61,600 nt of DNA. Source: Escherichia phage PTXU04. The stretch lies in the sequence record NC_048193.1, one strand, 5' to 3'. Within the stretch, counting starts at the first letter, position 1. The number at the start of each line of letters is the position of its first letter. Under the pieces are notes generated by a model. That model had not been told where the DNA came from. It was given only the letters and a program-made list of their open reading frames with translations, and did not search any database. Shown here in pieces: positions 39,364 to 48,760 of the stretch. Made by a program: the position numbers and the translations under genes.

Positions 39364-39398
39364 CCTCTTCGTCAACACACATATAAGAGAACATCGAG

Positions 39399-41267
39399 AT
39401 GGCAAAACGTACCGCACGCCCCTATCAGGCGAAGGTTATCAATGAGTATTTCACCTGCTTGCACGCAGGCTACAAGGCACCTGTCATCATAATGAGTACG
39501 GGCGCAGGTAAAACTTTTTGCTTCACCAGCATAGTTGAACAGATGGTTGCCGCTGGTCACATGTGTATCGTCTTCTGTCACCGTTCAGAACTGGTGCGTC
39601 AAATCTCAATGAGTCTGGCAACACAGGAGTTGCATCACGACTTTATATGCAGCGACAAGACTCGCGCCATCTGCGGTAACGTGCAGCAGGCAGAGTTCGG
39701 TCGCACCTATTATCGCCCCGGCGCACCTATAATCGTGGCCTCTGTACAGACCGTCAACGCCAGACTTAAAGAAAGTCCGAAGTCTACCCCTCAGCGTAAA
39801 GCTATGCGCGAGGCCACGCTTCAGTTATTAATGCGCTGCACCTTTGGTGTATTTGATGAGTCGCACCACCTGACGCGCGACAATACCTTCGGTCGCCCTC
39901 TACAATATATGAATCCTCAAGCACGCTATTTGCTGGTAACGGCAACACCGGAACGTGCCGACGGTAAAGGTATGGGCGCGGTATCAATGCAGGGTAGTGG
40001 CATCGTCGACGTTGTGATCAAAGGGCCGGAAATGCGCTGGCTGATTGACCAGGGTAACTTGTGCGACTATAAAATTTATGAGCCACCTACGGAACAGGCT
40101 GACTTTACTAAGGTGCGCGTGACTGCCAGCGGGGACTACAACCAGCAGGACCAGGCGCGTGAGATGGACAAGGCTAAAATCACTGGCGATGTAGTGCGCC
40201 ACTACCAGGAACTCATCAATGGAAAACTCACAATTGTATTTTGCTGTGACATCTCCCACGCTCAGTCTGTGGCCAACGCTTACCAGCGCGCAGGGATACC
40301 AGCCGCCGTACTCCACGGAGGCGATGATGAATCTACACGTTTCAAGACCCTCCAGGCTTTCGAGCGCCGTGAAATACTTGTGCTCGTTACCGTTGATCTT
40401 GTCTCAGAAGGGTTCGACTTACCTGCAATTGAGGCAGCACAATTTCTGCGACGCACAATGTCTTTATCCTGGTTCATGCAAGCGTTCGGTCGTGTCCTGC
40501 GCCCGTCGCCCGGTAAAGATTATGCGATTATACTCGATCATGTGGGAAACTGGCGGGAGCATGGCCTTCCCGATAAGCCCCGCGTCTGGTCAATGGCAGA
40601 CCGAAAAGGCGGCAAGTCTTCGAGCAGCGATGATGACACAGTTCCGGTTACCCGTTGTCGTGTCCCTGTCGACAAGTCCGGCAGGTTCACACCTGAGCAA
40701 TGCGCCGTCATGTCAGCCGACGAGCAACTCAACAACGGAATCAGACCATGTGGATACATCTACGAAATCACCGAGCCACGCTGCCCCGATTGTGGGTGTC
40801 GACAGCCACTGGCCCCGCGAGGTGAACCCGTCATGGTTAAAGGTCAATTAGTAGAAGTGTCTGCGGAAGAACTGGCGAAGATGCGAGCGGGTGACGATTC
40901 CATCAGCGACCAGGCTGCGGTATGGCGTCAGGAGATTCAGGAAGATTTACTCAAACTGAAGATGTCACCGGAAGAATACGTAGCCCGGATGCACGTACCC
41001 GCCGTTGCTCATACTACGCAGATCAATAACCATCGCCGCTGGCGTGCAATGCAGGCCACACTCAAGCCATTGATGGATGAATGGATGGAGTACCACCAGA
41101 AAGGTGACGTGCACAAGGAAGCCGCACAACAGCTTTTCTTAAACCGCTTCGGCATCAACGTCTACTATGCGCAGGTGCTGAAACCTAAAGAGTGTTTTGA
41201 ACTGATTGAGAAAATCAAAGCACACCTCGAAGAGATTCATGCCAAAGGAGGCTTGACCTATGCGTAA
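39399..41267 (+). CDS. superfamily 2 (DEAD/DEAH-type) helicase
   Basis: 622 aa; motif I MSTGAGKTF, motif II FDESHH, motif VI QAFGRVLR; C-terminal CPDCGC zinc-finger-like element. Confidence 0.75.
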   Translation: MAKRTARPYQAKVINEYFTCLHAGYKAPVIIMSTGAGKTFCFTSIVEQMVAAGHMCIVFCHRSELVRQISMSLATQELHHDFICSDKTRAICGNVQQAEFGRTYYRPGAPIIVASVQTVNARLKESPKSTPQRKAMREATLQLLMRCTFGVFDESHHLTRDNTFGRPLQYMNPQARYLLVTATPERADGKGMGAVSMQGSGIVDVVIKGPEMRWLIDQGNLCDYKIYEPPTEQADFTKVRVTASGDYNQQDQAREMDKAKITGDVVRHYQELINGKLTIVFCCDISHAQSVANAYQRAGIPAAVLHGGDDESTRFKTLQAFERREILVLVTVDLVSEGFDLPAIEAAQFLRRTMSLSWFMQAFGRVLRPSPGKDYAIILDHVGNWREHGLPDKPRVWSMADRKGGKSSSSDDDTVPVTRCRVPVDKSGRFTPEQCAVMSADEQLNNGIRPCGYIYEITEPRCPDCGCRQPLAPRGEPVMVKGQLVEVSAEELAKMRAGDDSISDQAAVWRQEIQEDLLKLKMSPEEYVARMHVPAVAHTTQINNHRRWRAMQATLKPLMDEWMEYHQKGDVHKEAAQQLFLNRFGINVYYAQVLKPKECFELIEKIKAHLEEIHAKGGLTYA

Positions 41268-41395
41268 ACTTTGGGAGTGGATATTTGTTACCACCGTCAT
41301 CGTGTGTTTCGTGATTGATTTACTTTACGGCTTATAAAATTCTTTTCAAAGTATTTTAAATACTGTATGCTCGGTTTCTCACTGGAGGAATTACC

Positions 41396-41806
41396 ATGTC
41401 ACAAGCAGAGAAAAAGCTATTCGACCACAGCGCGATGAAGATGCAGCGCGAGTACAAAGGATTGTTGTATCGCAACAACTCCGGCGCATTGCCAGACCGC
41501 AACGGTACGCTCGTTCGCTTTGGACTCGGTAATGACTCCAAGCAACTCAACGAAGTATGGAAGTCACCCGACTCCATCGGCGGCACGCCAATCACCATTA
41601 CGCCTGATATGGTAGGTCGCACGTTTCTTGTGTTAACCGGATTCGAATTTAAGAAACCAGGCTGGCACATGACACCGGGAGACAAACGAGCGAAAGCCCA
41701 GCACGCCTGCATCCTCGACTGGCGACAGGCAGGTGGTATCGCAGGTTTCGTAACCGACGTTACCCACATCGACTACTACATTCAGGAATTTAAAAATGGC
41801 AAGTAA
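41396..41806 (+). CDS. VRR-NUC-like nuclease (tentative)
   Basis: 136 aa; KSPDSIGGTPITITPD and GFEFKK resemble the PD ... E-x-K core of VRR-NUC domains; GGAGG RBS. Confidence 0.4.
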   Translation: MSQAEKKLFDHSAMKMQREYKGLLYRNNSGALPDRNGTLVRFGLGNDSKQLNEVWKSPDSIGGTPITITPDMVGRTFLVLTGFEFKKPGWHMTPGDKRAKAQHACILDWRQAGGIAGFVTDVTHIDYYIQEFKNGK

Positions 41807-41990
41807 TAAAGAGTTACACCCGAACAATCAGAAGCTGGCCGAACTTATCGAAGAATTTGGCTTTGAAAAAGTGATGGCCGCTACCGGATACAAGATCAGC
41901 ACGTTGGCGGTATACATGAAAGGCCATTGCGGTGTTATCCCTGACGCGCGCCTGAACATTGCTATCACGGTACTGAACTCTAATAAATAA
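41796..41990 (+). CDS. hypothetical protein
   Basis: 64-aa ORF overlapping the upstream stop. Confidence 0.4.
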   Translation: MASNKELHPNNQKLAELIEEFGFEKVMAATGYKISTLAVYMKGHCGVIPDARLNIAITVLNSNK

Positions 41991-41999
41991 GGTTATCTC

Positions 42000-44420
42000 A
42001 TGACCTATAAGCCTGAACAGGCGCAGTTGTTTTATGCCGCGCTAACTGGAATGCAAAACCCGCCGCTCGTCTGGCAGTGGTTCTGTGACTATGACAAAGA
42101 AAGACGCGACCTGGCTGGCTGGGAATACGCGTACATGAATCCGGCAAAGCTGGCGGACCTTCAGGCTCGCGGTTGCGGCGTGTTCACATCTGTCAACGGT
42201 TCGACTACAGGCGGTCGTGGTAAGAATGACATCGACATCTTCCGTGCAGTGTTCATGGATAGTGACGGTGCTCCGTTCCCGGATCAGTGGCCTGTTCCGC
42301 CACACGCTATCGTCAAGCGCGACGACACGCATTATCACGCCTACTGGTTTATCGACGGTGACTGCTCCGCTATGGAGTGGATGATCGCACAGAAGCAGAT
42401 CGCTCTGCACTTCGGTAGCGACGAGTCAATGGTAAACCCTGACCGCGTTATGCGTGTACCGGGATTCCTCCACCAGAAGTCTCTGGACAACCGCGTTCTC
42501 TACGAACTGGCGGAACTCCACGCTGACATGCCACGCTACAAACTGCGCGACGTTATCTCACGCTTCACGTTAACCGACGAGAAGATGATGAAGATGGGCG
42601 AATGGGTGCGCCAGCGCAGCGCTCAGTACGTGGGCGGCATGGATGACTTCGACGACAACGAGCACAACTGTAAACAGTTTATCACCTATCTGAAGAACCG
42701 CGCCGAGCAATCCATCAGCGGCCAGGGTGGTAACCATGTGCTGTTTAAGACTGCCGCCGCCGGACGTGACTACCAACTGTCACCGCAGAAAACCTACGAG
42801 TTAATGCTGGACTACTGGGACGCCAACAACGAACCGCCGTGGGGCGATGAGATGTGGCCGACCGTCCAGAACGTTTACAAGTACAGCCAGAATGGTGTCG
42901 GTGCGCGCTCGTTCGCTGCACGTCTCACTGAGCAGGCCGCTATGCTGCCAGGTATGTCACTGACTCCGGTTGAGCAGGCTATCTATATGCCGGAAGCGCC
43001 AGTCGTTGACGAGAAACAACAGATGGCTGAGTCGGTAGCACGCCTGGCCGCCGCTATTGAGTCCGGCGATGACAGCATGATGCAACCTGACGACATGGTT
43101 TACAGTTCCAACCATACGCGTAACGCCATGCTGTTCATGTGGCTGCATTGCCGCAAGGGTGAGTACCTTGTGGATGACGGTATCATGTACCAGTTCAACG
43201 GTAAAATTTACGAAGCACAAGCACCGGACTTTCTGAAGGTTAAGCTGGCTACCGAGATGCAACTCAGCTTCCCGTCTGAGTCAACCATCAACGGTACCGC
43301 CAACCTCATCAAGCTGTTGCTGGCACGCTCTGCTCCGTCCAAATGGCCTGAGTGGAAAGGTGATCCCGACAAGGATACGTCCGGTTTGATTTGCTTCAAC
43401 AACGGCATCCTGGATATTAACGAGAATCTCTGGTATGAGCACACGCACTTACTGCGTATTCGTACCATTCTCCCGTTTGATTATGACTATAAGGCCACTT
43501 GCCCTACGTGGGAAAACTTCCTGCGTGAAGTGTGGGGTAACAGTAAATACGAACCGCTGATTGAACAGTTACAGATGTGGTTTGGCTATATGCTTATGGA
43601 TGATACCAGTCAACAGAAGATGCTCATCATGTCCGGTACCGGGGGCGCTGGTAAGTCGACCATCATGCGTACGCTTAACAAAATGGTAGGCGATTACAAC
43701 TGCGCGTTCCCTAACCTGAACGGTTTAACTAAAGATTCGCAACTGGCCGCTTTATTCGATAAACCTGTGGCAATCCTGAACGACGTATCTGATCCGTCTC
43801 CATCCAACGCTACCGCAGTAGTTGAACGTATTAAAGGTATCGTGGGTCAGGATAAATTAACGATTGACCGCAAATACCTGACGTCGATTGAGGTCAGTTT
43901 CCGGTGCCGTCTGAACGTTACCTGCAACGCCTTCCCGCGTTTGTCGGAATCATCGAACGCTATGCTGCGTCGTGGTCTGTTCTTCACAACCAAGCGTTCG
44001 TTTGTCGGCAAGGAAGACATGACACTGGAACCTCGTATCGACAAAGAGATGACTGGTATCATCAACTGGGCGATCGCAGGTATCAAAAAGTTACAGAAGA
44101 TTGGCAAGCTGGAAAACCACCCTTGCATGAATGACGATATTGAAATCTTCCGCATGTTGACATCGCCGCTTGAAACGTTCGTACAGGATGCACTGGTATA
44201 CCGCGAGGATGCTTACATTACCATCCCTGATCTGTGCAAACGTTACAAAGCGTGGTGCACACTGAACGAAGGATCGCGCATGTTCAGCAACCAGTCACTG
44301 ATAAGTAAGATCGGTGTATTCCCCGGCTTGAGTCTGGCGAAACGTGGCCGCGACTATGTACTGGAAGGTGCTTACCTCCGACCGGACGATGAACCAGACA
44401 ACGGAGTGATTTACGAATGA
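42000..44420 (+). CDS. DNA primase (prim-pol-like N-terminus plus P-loop NTPase C-terminus)
   Basis: 806 aa; N-terminal DIDIFRAVFMDSDGAPF ... HYHAYWF resembles bifunctional primase-polymerase; Walker A MSGTGGAGKST in the C-terminal half, as in phage/plasmid P4-type primases. Confidence 0.7.
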   Translation: MTYKPEQAQLFYAALTGMQNPPLVWQWFCDYDKERRDLAGWEYAYMNPAKLADLQARGCGVFTSVNGSTTGGRGKNDIDIFRAVFMDSDGAPFPDQWPVPPHAIVKRDDTHYHAYWFIDGDCSAMEWMIAQKQIALHFGSDESMVNPDRVMRVPGFLHQKSLDNRVLYELAELHADMPRYKLRDVISRFTLTDEKMMKMGEWVRQRSAQYVGGMDDFDDNEHNCKQFITYLKNRAEQSISGQGGNHVLFKTAAAGRDYQLSPQKTYELMLDYWDANNEPPWGDEMWPTVQNVYKYSQNGVGARSFAARLTEQAAMLPGMSLTPVEQAIYMPEAPVVDEKQQMAESVARLAAAIESGDDSMMQPDDMVYSSNHTRNAMLFMWLHCRKGEYLVDDGIMYQFNGKIYEAQAPDFLKVKLATEMQLSFPSESTINGTANLIKLLLARSAPSKWPEWKGDPDKDTSGLICFNNGILDINENLWYEHTHLLRIRTILPFDYDYKATCPTWENFLREVWGNSKYEPLIEQLQMWFGYMLMDDTSQQKMLIMSGTGGAGKSTIMRTLNKMVGDYNCAFPNLNGLTKDSQLAALFDKPVAILNDVSDPSPSNATAVVERIKGIVGQDKLTIDRKYLTSIEVSFRCRLNVTCNAFPRLSESSNAMLRRGLFFTTKRSFVGKEDMTLEPRIDKEMTGIINWAIAGIKKLQKIGKLENHPCMNDDIEIFRMLTSPLETFVQDALVYREDAYITIPDLCKRYKAWCTLNEGSRMFSNQSLISKIGVFPGLSLAKRGRDYVLEGAYLRPDDEPDNGVIYE

Positions 44421-44911
44421 AACCTTTCTACGCAAGCAAGACACCAAAGGAGTTACGCGATTGCTGGGGTACGCCCCAGTGGTTGATTGACCGCCTGTCG
44501 CTGGAGTTTGATTTCGCAATCGACGCGGCGGCAGATGAGCACAACAGAAAGTTCCCCCTGTATTTCAAGCAGGGATTAGGCTTTAACTGGGCGGACTTCT
44601 GCCCGGAAGGTAAATGGGTATGGAACAACCCTCCGTTCTCCTTAGTGGACCCGTGGGTGGATCAGTGGATACAGTGCAGCGAATCGGACCGTGGTGTGGT
44701 GTCAATCGTCAACGCACAGACTGCCGCTCGCTGGTTTCACAAGGCGCTGGAGGCTTGCTCGGAGGCCAGGTTTAGCATCGGGCGTGTGGCCTTCATTCAT
44801 CCCGTTACCGGAAAGCGTGTAGCCGGAAACAACCTGGGGCAAGTGCTGTTCGTGTTTGAACCGGGCAAGCTGGGCGAAAAAAGAATTGGCACTTTCAAAG
44901 GAACCAAGTAG
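44417..44911 (+). CDS. DNA N6-adenine methyltransferase (phage Dam-like)
   Basis: 164 aa; WGTPQWLIDRL ... FDFAIDAAA ... NPPFS motifs characteristic of the phage N6A-methyltransferase family. Confidence 0.8.
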   Translation: MKPFYASKTPKELRDCWGTPQWLIDRLSLEFDFAIDAAADEHNRKFPLYFKQGLGFNWADFCPEGKWVWNNPPFSLVDPWVDQWIQCSESDRGVVSIVNAQTAARWFHKALEACSEARFSIGRVAFIHPVTGKRVAGNNLGQVLFVFEPGKLGEKRIGTFKGTK

Positions 44912-44938
44912 AATGGATTACTTGACAAAGGAGGATGT

Positions 44939-45127
44939 ATGAAAATCACACCACTGAAGGAATGGATTGAAGGTCACCGCTCGTTAACGGCTGCGGCTGA
45001 AGTGCTCGACGTTCCAAAACAAAACCTGTCGTTTGCTTTGAACAAAGTGAAGGGCGCTACGTTTGTGCTGGAGGAAGACGACGGGACACTGCGGTTGTTA
45101 CGTGAGGTTGCAAAAAGGGGCGCATAA
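44939..45127 (+). CDS. hypothetical protein
   Basis: 62-aa ORF with AAGGAGG RBS; stop in the loop of the terminator at 45118-45142. Confidence 0.4.
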   Translation: MKITPLKEWIEGHRSLTAAAEVLDVPKQNLSFALNKVKGATFVLEEDDGTLRLLREVAKRGA

Positions 45128-45142
45128 GCGCCCTTAGTTTTT
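45118..45142. terminator. rho-independent terminator at the convergent junction
   Basis: GGGCGC-ATAA-GCGCCC stem-loop followed by TTAGTTTTT; the stop codons of 44939-45127 (+) and 45141-45323 (-) flank or overlap it. Confidence 0.5.
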
Positions 45143-45323
45143 ACATTAATATCAGCAGTTGCACACATCCTATAATCAGACCTACCAGGAAAATAGTCGC
45201 ACCCGCATAAAATAAAATCGTTGCATTATCGGTATCACTCACCACAGCTTTGAAAGACTTTACTATCCCCGATAAAGCCATCGCGATGATCGCTATCAAC
45301 ATTAAACCCGCAGCATAAAACAT
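45141..45323 (-). CDS. small membrane protein
   Basis: 60 aa; two hydrophobic helices (LMLIAIIAMALSGIV, ILFYAGATIFLVGLIIGCV). Confidence 0.4.
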   Translation of the reverse strand: MFYAAGLMLIAIIAMALSGIVKSFKAVVSDTDNATILFYAGATIFLVGLIIGCVQLLILM

Positions 45324-45332
45324 AATTACCTC

Positions 45333-45584
45333 TCAGTGAAATGTCAGTTTGAGTTGTTCAAAGATTACCGGATCATCAAGCTGAATCTCCAGTTCTTCAT
45401 CATGCACCTGATACTCTTCGACATCACTCGCCGCCAGCACCAGTTGCACACCGTCAACCACACCCAGTACAGCAAACACTCCCTGACTGCGGTCACTGTT
45501 TACGATACTGAGCATGTCGCTCAGCACGTCTCCCAGCCCGTTTGGGTTAACGCAAAGGTCGATATGTTTAGGTTCATTTGACAT
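45333..45584 (-). CDS. hypothetical acidic protein
   Basis: ORF-track frame 45333-45647 trimmed to ATG 45584 (AGGAGG RBS). Confidence 0.4.
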   Translation of the reverse strand: MSNEPKHIDLCVNPNGLGDVLSDMLSIVNSDRSQGVFAVLGVVDGVQLVLAASDVEEYQVHDEELEIQLDDPVIFEQLKLTFH

Positions 45585-45888
45585 GGCGGCTGGCCTCCTG
45601 TGCGTCAATGATTGCTTCGTTTGTGGCGACAATGAGATCCACCACATGCTTTGCGAGTACGGTCAGATTCCCGTGTCGCGCTTGATTCACCACGTTGATC
45701 GCGGTGTTGGTGTCCGTCATCATTTCCACGCCGTCAATCAGGTCGACAATGAATTTGTGGCGGTCGTACTCCCGGTTAAAGCTGGCTATGTCCGGGTGGT
45801 TATCAAGATGAAAGCAGCAGTGATAACCCTTTGGTAAATTGGCAACACGATCACCTACTCGCGGCCCGTCGATTAAAAGGATGGTCAT
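45574..45888 (-). CDS. hypothetical protein
   Basis: 104-aa ORF, translationally coupled to neighbours. Confidence 0.4.
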   Translation of the reverse strand: MTILLIDGPRVGDRVANLPKGYHCCFHLDNHPDIASFNREYDRHKFIVDLIDGVEMMTDTNTAINVVNQARHGNLTVLAKHVVDLIVATNEAIIDAQEASRHVK

Positions 45889-46136
45889 ATAAAGCTCGCC
45901 TTAATTAGCGCGGCCTCCCGGTGGCCTCTGTGAATGGTAACGACTCCAGCCGTTTCAAGTTTCTTCACCGCCTTGCGCACATGCTCTTTGTCGTAGCCGG
46001 TATAGGAGGCCAGTTCATCGAACGTTACAGGTGCGTCAGCCGATGCTATACAGCATAGCAGGTAACGACCGAACACGTTAACCTTGTGTTGCGCCATCTG
46101 GTAGTCTTCGCCCGGTGTGAATACCTTAATTGCCAC
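45885..46136 (-). CDS. winged-helix DNA-binding protein (putative transcriptional regulator)
   Basis: 83 aa; FDELASYTGYDKEHVRKAVKKLETAGVVTI resembles a MarR/winged-HTH recognition helix. Confidence 0.4.
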   Translation of the reverse strand: MAIKVFTPGEDYQMAQHKVNVFGRYLLCCIASADAPVTFDELASYTGYDKEHVRKAVKKLETAGVVTIHRGHREAALIKASFI

Positions 46137-46746
46137 GGTAGTAAGCCTCCACTGCGCTGGTTATCAAACTGATTTTGTCGTCATTAAAATCATCGGCATC
46201 ATACGCAGCTTTGACCGTGGCGATCACGTCGTTGGCTTTGTTAAGTTTAGATTCCAGGTCAACAACTCTGTCACCGAGACGGTTGGATTCTTTAATCATT
46301 TCTATAGCCTGACTGAACACGCCAGCAGTTGCTAACCCTTTGTCGGCATCCGTCGCCACGCGCAGACCTTCAACCCACTTGCGGAAATACTTCAGGGATT
46401 CGTCGTCCTGTTTAGCGTCGTTTTCCAGGTCTTCTACTCTACGACACAGACGGGTGTTACGCTCACCGCTGTTTCTCAACTCATCACGCAGAGTGGTTTC
46501 AGTCTGTTTGGCTTTCTCCAGTGCGCGCTCATAGTCATACACTTGTTGATTTAATGACTTCAGGTTTTGCTTTAAGATCTCCACTTGCTTAAGAGCATCA
46601 TTATACGCGTCGTTGCTCGGATAAATTACAGGTGCCGGGGCGTCAGCGTTACGCAGCTTGTTAGCCAGCGACTTGACGTTATTCATCGTCATACCTTCGG
46701 CGATCAGGACCAGTGCTTCATTAAAAGTAAGGGTGATAGTTTTCAT
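46126..46746 (-). CDS. coiled-coil hypothetical protein
   Basis: 206 aa; extended heptad-like charged regions. Confidence 0.45.
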   Translation of the reverse strand: MKTITLTFNEALVLIAEGMTMNNVKSLANKLRNADAPAPVIYPSNDAYNDALKQVEILKQNLKSLNQQVYDYERALEKAKQTETTLRDELRNSGERNTRLCRRVEDLENDAKQDDESLKYFRKWVEGLRVATDADKGLATAGVFSQAIEMIKESNRLGDRVVDLESKLNKANDVIATVKAAYDADDFNDDKISLITSAVEAYYRGN

Positions 46747-47009
46747 TTAACGCGCTCCACTTCGTAGGCAAATGCTGAGTAGGTGTTGGCCGCCAGCAGT
46801 CCGGCGGTCGGGGATACAGGTAATTTGAGTTTCTTCAATGCCAGGCGCACGACCATTACGCGCAACCAGATCACGGCTTGCTCCTTATCAGGTGTGGTTT
46901 GAGTGATACGACGGTGATTGTCATCGACAACGTAGTAGCCAGCGGCTTCACGTTTGATGTGGTAGGTTGCTTCTGCTTCACGCAGGATATTGATTTGGAA
47001 TCTGAACAT
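46743..47009 (-). CDS. hypothetical protein
   Basis: 88-aa ORF downstream of a predicted promoter at 47045-47073. Confidence 0.45.
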   Translation of the reverse strand: MFRFQINILREAEATYHIKREAAGYYVVDDNHRRITQTTPDKEQAVIWLRVMVVRLALKKLKLPVSPTAGLLAANTYSAFAYEVERVK

Positions 47010-47044
47010 GACTATTTACCCCATTGCTCGTTAGCGATAGGGTA

Positions 47045-47073
47045 AATATAGGTTAGTTAAATCTGACTGTCAA
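47045..47073 (-). promoter_or_regulatory. putative sigma70-like early promoter
   Basis: On the - strand: -35 TTGACA (47073-47068), 17-nt spacer, -10 TATATT (47050-47045); about 35 nt upstream of ATG 47009. Confidence 0.45.
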
Positions 47074-47078
47074 TAGAT

Positions 47079-47774
47079 TTATTCGTAGGCTTCTAACGCG
47101 AGTCTACAAATATGTGATCTAACGCAATCATTTTTGTGGAAGAGAATACCCTGAACGTCATCAGAGTCCTGGAACCGTGCTAACGCATCGCTGAGTCCGT
47201 CCGGCACGCCCTTCGGTAAGTCGCACTGAGTGATGTCACCGTTAACGACCACGATGCAGTTGTCACCGATACGCGTCAGGAAGAGTTTCATCTGCTTAGG
47301 TGTGACGTTCTGCGCTTCGTCGAGGATGATAAACGCATTGTCAAAGCTGCGACCCCGCATGTAGGCGAACGGTGCAATCTCAATCTTGCCGTGCTCCATG
47401 CAGTATTTGAAATGCGTCTCGCCCAGGCGTTTAATCAGCGTGTCCTTAACCGGACGGAAGTACGGATCAAACTTCTCTGCCAGACCTCCCGGCAGGAAGC
47501 CCATGTCTTCGTCAGCATTGAGTACGGGACGTGTGACAACGATGCGTTCGACAATCTTATCGGTGAGATACTCCGCAGCTTTGCAGGCTGCAATAAACGT
47601 TTTACCGCACCCAGCCTCGCCGCTCGCAAATATAAGTGACTTAGTTCGGATGGCCTCAAGATAGGATTCCTGATTTACGGTGCGCGGTTCAATCGGCGAT
47701 TTGTCTGCGCGGGTGACGGGGGAAGGGTTGGTGTTGAACTCTACAACTTCAGCGGTGTTGCGTTTCTTACTCAT
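47079..47774 (-). CDS. phoH: PhoH-like ATPase
   Basis: ORF-track frame 47079-47816 trimmed to ATG 47774 (GAGGTG RBS); Walker A GEAGCGKTF, Walker B ILDEAQN. Confidence 0.75.
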   Translation of the reverse strand: MSKKRNTAEVVEFNTNPSPVTRADKSPIEPRTVNQESYLEAIRTKSLIFASGEAGCGKTFIAACKAAEYLTDKIVERIVVTRPVLNADEDMGFLPGGLAEKFDPYFRPVKDTLIKRLGETHFKYCMEHGKIEIAPFAYMRGRSFDNAFIILDEAQNVTPKQMKLFLTRIGDNCIVVVNGDITQCDLPKGVPDGLSDALARFQDSDDVQGILFHKNDCVRSHICRLALEAYE

Positions 47775-47793
47775 AGAGCACCTCGTTTGAGAG

Positions 47794-47811
47794 GGGCGCG
47801 GAATTGCGCCC
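47794..47811 (-). terminator. GC hairpin between genes
   Basis: GGGCGC-GGAATT-GCGCCC stem-loop between the stop of 47820-48020 and the PhoH RBS. Confidence 0.35.
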
Positions 47812-47819
47812 ATCATTTA

Positions 47820-48020
47820 CTACATCCAGCCAGCAATCGCCCCCGGCAACCAGGTGAAAATGCCCACGATGCGTATGACAGTTTCAGCAGTGGAGTCGGA
47901 CGCGTTACCACCTCCAATATACGCCAGGCAGTGTACCAGGTTCAAGAACCAGCCGATCCAGCCGCCGATGAACACTATCCAAAGACCTAACACTGCCAAA
48001 AGACCAAAGTATTTACCCAT
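47820..48020 (-). CDS. small membrane protein
   Basis: ORF-track frame 47820-48107 trimmed to ATG 48020 (GGGGGAG RBS); two TM helices. Confidence 0.4.
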   Translation of the reverse strand: MGKYFGLLAVLGLWIVFIGGWIGWFLNLVHCLAYIGGGNASDSTAETVIRIVGIFTWLPGAIAGWM

Positions 48021-48501
48021 TTTTACGACTCCCCCGTGGCCGCGTAACGTGACGCGTGATGTTGTGCTGTTTGCACAGTTTATAAATGCGTGATGAAAAC
48101 ACCCCAATTACAGCAGCGTAATCGCTGGCGGTCATGGTTAGCATCGCTTTACGCAGATGATTGATGTCTACCTTCACGCCCTTCTCAGGACTTTTCCAGC
48201 CGTACTTCTTGCGCACCGTATCAAGCTGGCGCGGTAGGATCCCCAGCAGTTTGGCAGCTTCGACACGCGACTTACGCTCGACGATCATTTTGTTCATCGG
48301 CGTGTTTGCTACTGGTACCCGGTACCGCTCGATAGGTTGCCAGTTCTGCCAGACTACCCGATGTTTGTAACGATGGTTGACACGCTGGACCGCCCGATAT
48401 TTTCCTTTGTGCGTCACGACGCAGTAAGGTTTGTTGAGCACCGCAGACATACGTTCAGCCTGCTTGATGGCCTCGTCCAGTGTGTCACAGGTGATTGCCA
48501 T
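48013..48501 (-). CDS. putative DNA-binding protein
   Basis: 162 aa; basic, with HTH-like segment RVEAAKLLGILPRQLDTVRKKYGW. Confidence 0.4.
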   Translation of the reverse strand: MAITCDTLDEAIKQAERMSAVLNKPYCVVTHKGKYRAVQRVNHRYKHRVVWQNWQPIERYRVPVANTPMNKMIVERKSRVEAAKLLGILPRQLDTVRKKYGWKSPEKGVKVDINHLRKAMLTMTASDYAAVIGVFSSRIYKLCKQHNITRHVTRPRGSRKNG

Positions 48502-48692
48502 TAGCGACGAGCCTTACCACGGCTACGGCCAGGGAGTGCACGAACTTCTAAAGGAATGATGCGAACACCTTTACGGGTATAGCGCTTCGTGTACGATACG
48601 ATCTCGGTGCGCTGCGGTGGTGCCAGGTCACGCAGAGCAGCGGCGAAAGGTGTAGAGAAAGCGTTACCGAACAGCATTTTAAATAAGCTCAT
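48501..48692 (-). CDS. hypothetical basic protein
   Basis: 63-aa ORF with AGGAAA RBS, downstream of the promoter at 48728-48756. Confidence 0.4.
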   Translation of the reverse strand: MSLFKMLFGNAFSTPFAAALRDLAPPQRTEIVSYTKRYTRKGVRIIPLEVRALPGRSRGKARR

Positions 48693-48727
48693 TTTGATTT
48701 TCCTATTGTCGCGTTTGTAGAATAATG

Positions 48728-48756
48728 AATTTAGTATAGTCGTCCCTGACTGTCAA
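48728..48756 (-). promoter_or_regulatory. putative sigma70-like early promoter
   Basis: On the - strand: -35 TTGACA (48756-48751), 17-nt spacer containing CAGGGACG, -10 TAAATT (48733-48728). Confidence 0.35.
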
Positions 48757-48760
48757 GTAA

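Noticed and set aside
40219-40851. 210-aa alternative-frame ORF within the helicase gene
   Set aside because: Same strand but different frame from a helicase with intact motifs I, II and VI; Ser/Pro-rich product; no RBS.
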